From IMG/VR virus record IMGVR_UViG_3300037805_000894: a stretch of 64,000 bases of DNA, one strand, 5' to 3'. This DNA comes from a virus. The notes beneath the pieces are model-generated. The model did no database searches and was not told the DNA's origin. It saw nothing but the letters and a program-made list of their open reading frames with translations. Both the position numbers and the translations under genes were made by a program. This document shows positions 59,664 to 64,000 of the stretch, piece by piece (positions within the stretch are counted from its first letter, which is position 1; every line of letters starts with the position of its first letter).

Positions 59664-60428
59664 CTAGTAAGTTTTTTTGATTGATTTTGAGATTAGACGT
59701 TGTACCCCGTCTTTAATTAATCTAAGTGTGCTCTCCCTTGCGGAAAAGGGTACGTTTTTTAATAGATGGTTAATCTTAGTTATAACCGCAGCCTGTATGT
59801 AATGCGGAATGATCGTACTATCAACACCTGTTAAGTTTAGTTTTTCAACACTGCCGCAATGTGGGCAAAAGGTTTCTGCTAGTTTATCAATTCGTTCTAC
59901 ATAGGACCTACCTTCTCTTATGTGCTTAATTTTTCTAGATAGGTCTTCCTTTGTTATACCTGTTGGTTCTCTTGTTTTAATAGCACGTATTATTACTTCT
60001 TTAGGTATGTTGATAGCATCAGAGAAAGTGTCGTAGAAAGTATCTTCTACGCTTGTTCCTACAAATAACCGCTTCCAAATATTTTCAAGGTATTTAACGG
60101 TCTTAGTCATCTCCTTAGCCCCAAAGTTAGACTCATTAACGTAGTCTCTAAAGATACGTTTCACGTCATTAAGGGCTTCTTTTTTACCTCCTATTACCAG
60201 TATCTGTAAATGAGAGTGTCCCATTTTTTTAGCGGCAGATACGATATTACTATCATCCGTAATAACATAATAACTTTCGAATGCATAAGCACGTGGGCTC
60301 AATATCATTTTATTAGTTTTAGCATAGCTAACAAGGGAGGCGATGTTAGGTCCCCTCCCCTTAATGTAGCGCGCTATATCAATGCCTATTTTAAGGCGTT
60401 CTAGTTTAAAGTCTTGATTCATATCCAT
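59664..60428 (-). CDS. hypothetical protein (degenerate ParB-like N-terminus, CPHCG)
   Basis: YYVITD...AAKKMG...I; CPHC. Confidence 0.5.
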   Translation of the reverse strand: MDMNQDFKLERLKIGIDIARYIKGRGPNIASLVSYAKTNKMILSPRAYAFESYYVITDDSNIVSAAKKMGHSHLQILVIGGKKEALNDVKRIFRDYVNESNFGAKEMTKTVKYLENIWKRLFVGTSVEDTFYDTFSDAINIPKEVIIRAIKTREPTGITKEDLSRKIKHIREGRSYVERIDKLAETFCPHCGSVEKLNLTGVDSTIIPHYIQAAVITKINHLLKNVPFSARESTLRLIKDGVQRLISKSIKKTY

Positions 60429-62364
60429 CAGTTAATTCTCGGAATTGCATTGTTTCGGGTTCGAATTCTAAGTAGGCGTCTATGTTACTAGCGCCGCGTC
60501 TGTTTTTCAATATCCTTACTACGAATTCTTTCATTCCTTCTGCAGCGCCTGGACGCCAGCTTCCTAGCACCACATCAGCGGCTTCTTCCGTCTGCCCGGA
60601 ATCCCTACCTGCACTCATATCTACAGCGGCGCTTGCATCCTCAATTGAACGGTTAACCTGATGTAAGTAGAAGATAACTATATCGTGTCTTTTAGCCATA
60701 GATTTTAAACCTTTAGCGAGCTCACTAATATGTTCATAACTAGTAGCCTTGGTTTGTGAGACTCGTCCTAAATAATCGACAAACACAACCTTGATACCAA
60801 AAGCCTCCTTAGCTTTGTAGATGTATTGCTCGATAGAGTCAATAGATGCGCTATCTTCGTCAGCAGTGATCACAGAACTGAAAGCATTACCCATTTTAGA
60901 TATAATGGTGTCTGTCATCTCCTCACGGCTAATACCTTCATTTAGGAATTGCACCATCATGCGTTCTAAGACCGCAGAAGTTGTATTGGAGGCCATTTGA
61001 AAGCCACGTTCAGCTACATCCGCATCGGACATCTCAAGTGACAGGAACAGGGTAGGTATATTTTGTTTACTCATGTTATTCATAACATGCATAGCAAAGG
61101 ATGTTTTACCGCTACCGCTCTTAGCCATATATTGAAGTACATGTCCGCCGTGTAACTTTAAGTTAGCGTCTAAAGTGGGGATACCTAAAGAAATTCCTTT
61201 TCCTTCAAAGAATCTATCTACGTAAGCACGCACAAGATCTTCTCTAGTTTTAAGGTTGCATTCTAAAGCTGATAGCTCTTCTTCGTTTTGGTTTTTGATT
61301 AACTTGCTATACAAGAAACATGTATTGCTGCAATGGGAAGCTAGAATATGATCATGACACCCATAATCCACATCATTCATCCAAGCGCTAGTTACCTTGG
61401 TTTCAATTTCTTGCATAGCCATAGGTGGATCATTTTTCTGGTTCCATGCAAGAAGCGTAGCTGTTGTAAGCTCTTGGGACATACCTTGTTTACGGAAATG
61501 GTCAGCAAGTCTAATAGCAACCTCATCTCGCTGCCCTTGCCCCACTCCATCAAGTAACCGAGCTATACACACCTTACCATTTTTAATTTGGTGGTTACTA
61601 TCTCTTAAAGCTTGCGCTGGAATAATAGCACGTGCTTTTGCTTCAGTTAATTGAGATTTCATGAAGAGATCCCTTAGCCCACTATTAGTGGTGGTTACAG
61701 CAGGTTTATGTAAATACATCCTAGCTTCGGAAGCTTTTTCATATATTTGCTCCATAGATAAAGACTTTAACTCTTGTCCAGTTAGTTGGGTCTTAAAGAA
61801 GTTAGTCTTACTATGTTGTGTATTGGGTAGCCTAAGTAAGCGTGTTTTGTCATAGATTAAATCTATACCTGCTTCTTTCTCAGAGGCGAGCCCAACTCCG
61901 CTATCTTTGGCCATTATTTGCGCTATCTGCTTAAACATAACGTTAAGCTTAGTTGAAGGCGTATAACCGAAAAGAGCATGGGGTATTAAGATATGAAATC
62001 CTTTAGCGCCTGAAAAGTAGATGTATACATCTTCATTCTTTACGTTTTTAGATTCTAGATAGTGCAAGAATTGAATCGTCTTAGTTCTGGCTTCATCAAC
62101 ATCACCGTGCGATGCATCTATATCAAGAGGAAAGAAATATGAAAAGTGCTCTCCCTTAAAACCTGAAACAGATCCGCGTTCCTCTACATGCGTTTTGAAG
62201 GTAATATCAAATTGAAATAGCCCACAATATACATCTTTACCTAACGAACTGGTTAAAGCTTGCTTATAAATATCCATATAATCGACGACGTTATTGCGAT
62301 AGACAACGCTACCACTAGCGAAGTCTGTGTATCTAAAAGTTTCAGCTAGTTCTTTGCTATTCAT
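60406..62364 (-). CDS. AEP primase-PriCT-DnaB helicase fusion
   Basis: LDID, FSGAKGFHI, RLPNT; GQRD..WNQKNDPP; AKSGSGKTS, VDYLG, HQVNR, RDSGQTEEAAD, KNRRG. Confidence 0.9.
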   Translation of the reverse strand: MNSKELAETFRYTDFASGSVVYRNNVVDYMDIYKQALTSSLGKDVYCGLFQFDITFKTHVEERGSVSGFKGEHFSYFFPLDIDASHGDVDEARTKTIQFLHYLESKNVKNEDVYIYFSGAKGFHILIPHALFGYTPSTKLNVMFKQIAQIMAKDSGVGLASEKEAGIDLIYDKTRLLRLPNTQHSKTNFFKTQLTGQELKSLSMEQIYEKASEARMYLHKPAVTTTNSGLRDLFMKSQLTEAKARAIIPAQALRDSNHQIKNGKVCIARLLDGVGQGQRDEVAIRLADHFRKQGMSQELTTATLLAWNQKNDPPMAMQEIETKVTSAWMNDVDYGCHDHILASHCSNTCFLYSKLIKNQNEEELSALECNLKTREDLVRAYVDRFFEGKGISLGIPTLDANLKLHGGHVLQYMAKSGSGKTSFAMHVMNNMSKQNIPTLFLSLEMSDADVAERGFQMASNTTSAVLERMMVQFLNEGISREEMTDTIISKMGNAFSSVITADEDSASIDSIEQYIYKAKEAFGIKVVFVDYLGRVSQTKATSYEHISELAKGLKSMAKRHDIVIFYLHQVNRSIEDASAAVDMSAGRDSGQTEEAADVVLGSWRPGAAEGMKEFVVRILKNRRGASNIDAYLEFEPETMQFRELTDGYESRL

Positions 62365-62926
62365 TTTCTTTGTATTCGGCTATGCGCATCTCGTGTTGAG
62401 ATTGTAGCAGAAGTAAAGGTACATTTTTGATAGATTTTTTATAACCATACCAAATCTGTCTCTTTTTATTTTCATACTTTGCTTTTTTAATTTTCTTTAA
62501 AGCATCCCATTCTAAACGAATCACTCTCAAGAAAGTGATTTCCTGCTTGACTTCTTTGTCCGTCCAAGTCTTAGTTATTTTAGCGGCTGGTCCATTTCTA
62601 GAAGAAAAAGCAGCTATGGCTTTATCTAAGCCAGTAATATCTAGATCATTAGCCCACGTAACGCTAGTTACTGCATGTTCGCTAGAGCCTATTGCTGTAT
62701 ATTTAGATGCATTGCTACAGAACTTAACTATAGATGGCACTAATAAACCTTGTAGTTTATCTTGTATTAATATCTCTGTAAAAAAGTTAAGTGAATCTAG
62801 TACAATCTCAACTCCATATTGTTTTTGTAGTCTTCTAACTATCCCATATAGATTTACGTCTTTTTCAATAGCATTACATTCAATTGCAAGTTCTATGAAC
62901 TTTTTTACGTCATCCGTATCTATCAT
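62357..62926 (-). CDS. hypothetical protein
   Basis: packed between the helicase and primase genes. Confidence 0.6.
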   Translation of the reverse strand: MIDTDDVKKFIELAIECNAIEKDVNLYGIVRRLQKQYGVEIVLDSLNFFTEILIQDKLQGLLVPSIVKFCSNASKYTAIGSSEHAVTSVTWANDLDITGLDKAIAAFSSRNGPAAKITKTWTDKEVKQEITFLRVIRLEWDALKKIKKAKYENKKRQIWYGYKKSIKNVPLLLLQSQHEMRIAEYKENE

Positions 62927-64000
62927 TTTTGTTTAGCTTCAAACAAGGAGTTAATTAAGTGCGCTGCCTTACCTTTACTATCTATTGCTACAGAGGGTGG
63001 TTTGCCCGTTAGTCTTTTAATTAAGTCTAATTGTTTCTTAGTAGCAGGCGCGCGTTTCCATGGGGCAGACCTTAAGTAGAGTTTAGTTTTATCATAATCA
63101 GCGATAATTTTATCGCCTCTTTTAAAACACTCCACTGGGTCTCCTGTATAAGGTTTATTCCATGGCTTTCTAGGTTCTTTCCTCCATAACTCCCAAGAAC
63201 CCATTGCATTAACTCTAATAGCTATTTTGCCTATACCAGCGGATTGAATTTGATACGAACCATCTGCTAATTTAGACCAGCTTAATTTTGTTTTCGAGGA
63301 TATAAATGAATCTATTCCTTGTTCATATATCTTCACCAAAACCTCCAGAATATCCATCCCTTGAAGCTTAGCGATAATATCATTAGCATCTATTGCATTA
63401 ACTGCGCGGGCTATATCATCTGGCGGAGCATAAGGATATTCTTCTTCGATCACCTCCTTAACAGCTTTCCATTCACCATATGTACATTGGCTCATAGGGA
63501 CATTAAGCACCCTATCCATGTGTACAGGAGGGTTTTTAGTTCTATCATATAGATCTAATAGAAGCATGTGGTCTTTTCCTTCTGCTAAACGCATACCTCT
63601 TCCTAGCATCTGCGTATAAAGAACAGGGGAACGTGTTGGACGCGCTATAATAATTACTTCTGTATCAGGTGCATCGAAACCTTCCGTTAAGACAGCGCAA
63701 TTAGTGATTACTCTAAGATGGCCCTTCTTAAACCTCTTAATAATATCCCTGCGTTCCTTCTTTGGGGTTGCTCCGGTTACAACTGCGGAAATGATTCCTG
63801 CATTATTAAATTCGTCGTTTAGGCTTATAGCATGTGCTACATCCACACAGAAAGCGACTGCTTTCTTGCCCTCCGCTAGATGCATATAGGTATTAACGAT
63901 CAATTGATTTCTTTCTGGTGTATTAACCGCCGCCGCTAGCTGTTTAACTGCATAATCACCAGCATGTGTTCTTACTTGGCTTAAATCAGTCTGTGTATGT
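62923..64000 (-). CDS. SF2 DEAD/DEAH helicase (5' part outside the window)
   Basis: AFCVDVAHA, VLTEGFDAP, ARPTRS..YTQMLGRG; frame open to the window edge. Confidence 0.9.
   Translation of the reverse strand, partial: HTQTDLSQVRTHAGDYAVKQLAAAVNTPERNQLIVNTYMHLAEGKKAVAFCVDVAHAISLNDEFNNAGIISAVVTGATPKKERRDIIKRFKKGHLRVITNCAVLTEGFDAPDTEVIIIARPTRSPVLYTQMLGRGMRLAEGKDHMLLLDLYDRTKNPPVHMDRVLNVPMSQCTYGEWKAVKEVIEEEYPYAPPDDIARAVNAIDANDIIAKLQGMDILEVLVKIYEQGIDSFISSKTKLSWSKLADGSYQIQSAGIGKIAIRVNAMGSWELWRKEPRKPWNKPYTGDPVECFKRGDKIIADYDKTKLYLRSAPWKRAPATKKQLDLIKRLTGKPPSVAIDSKGKAAHLINSLFEAKQK

Noticed and set aside
1-64000. Alternative genetic code, and the many short antisense ORFs in the track
   Set aside because: Long genes are intact under code 11 and TAA, TAG and TGA all end genes; the antisense ORFs are shadows of real genes.

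Overview
This is a 64-kb segment of an AT-rich, large (probably jumbo) myovirus-type phage genome using the standard genetic code. It encodes a single-chain beta-beta' RNA polymerase with an intein at the catalytic NADFDGD motif, terminase, a head operon (prohead protease, scaffolds, major capsid), neck, sheath and tube genes, RecA, a primase-DnaB fusion, an SF2 helicase, five tRNAs, methyl- and glycosyltransferases, and a complete ubiquitin-like cassette (E2-like, Ubl, JAB, ThiF/E1). The most striking unexplained element is a non-coding array at 4424-5102. It has four abutting ~100-160-nt structured units with a covarying conserved scaffold and a different long hairpin in each, in a retron msr/msd-like layout, read on the minus strand. 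A retron-like reverse transcriptase with an unusual YVDN motif and a coupled partner gene (14318-16136) lies ~10 kb away, has no room for a cis ncRNA, and is preceded by the same AGGTATAAAA promoter box as the array. This suggests an RT plus ncRNA-array system (inference). All product calls come from motifs read by eye; no database searches were run.
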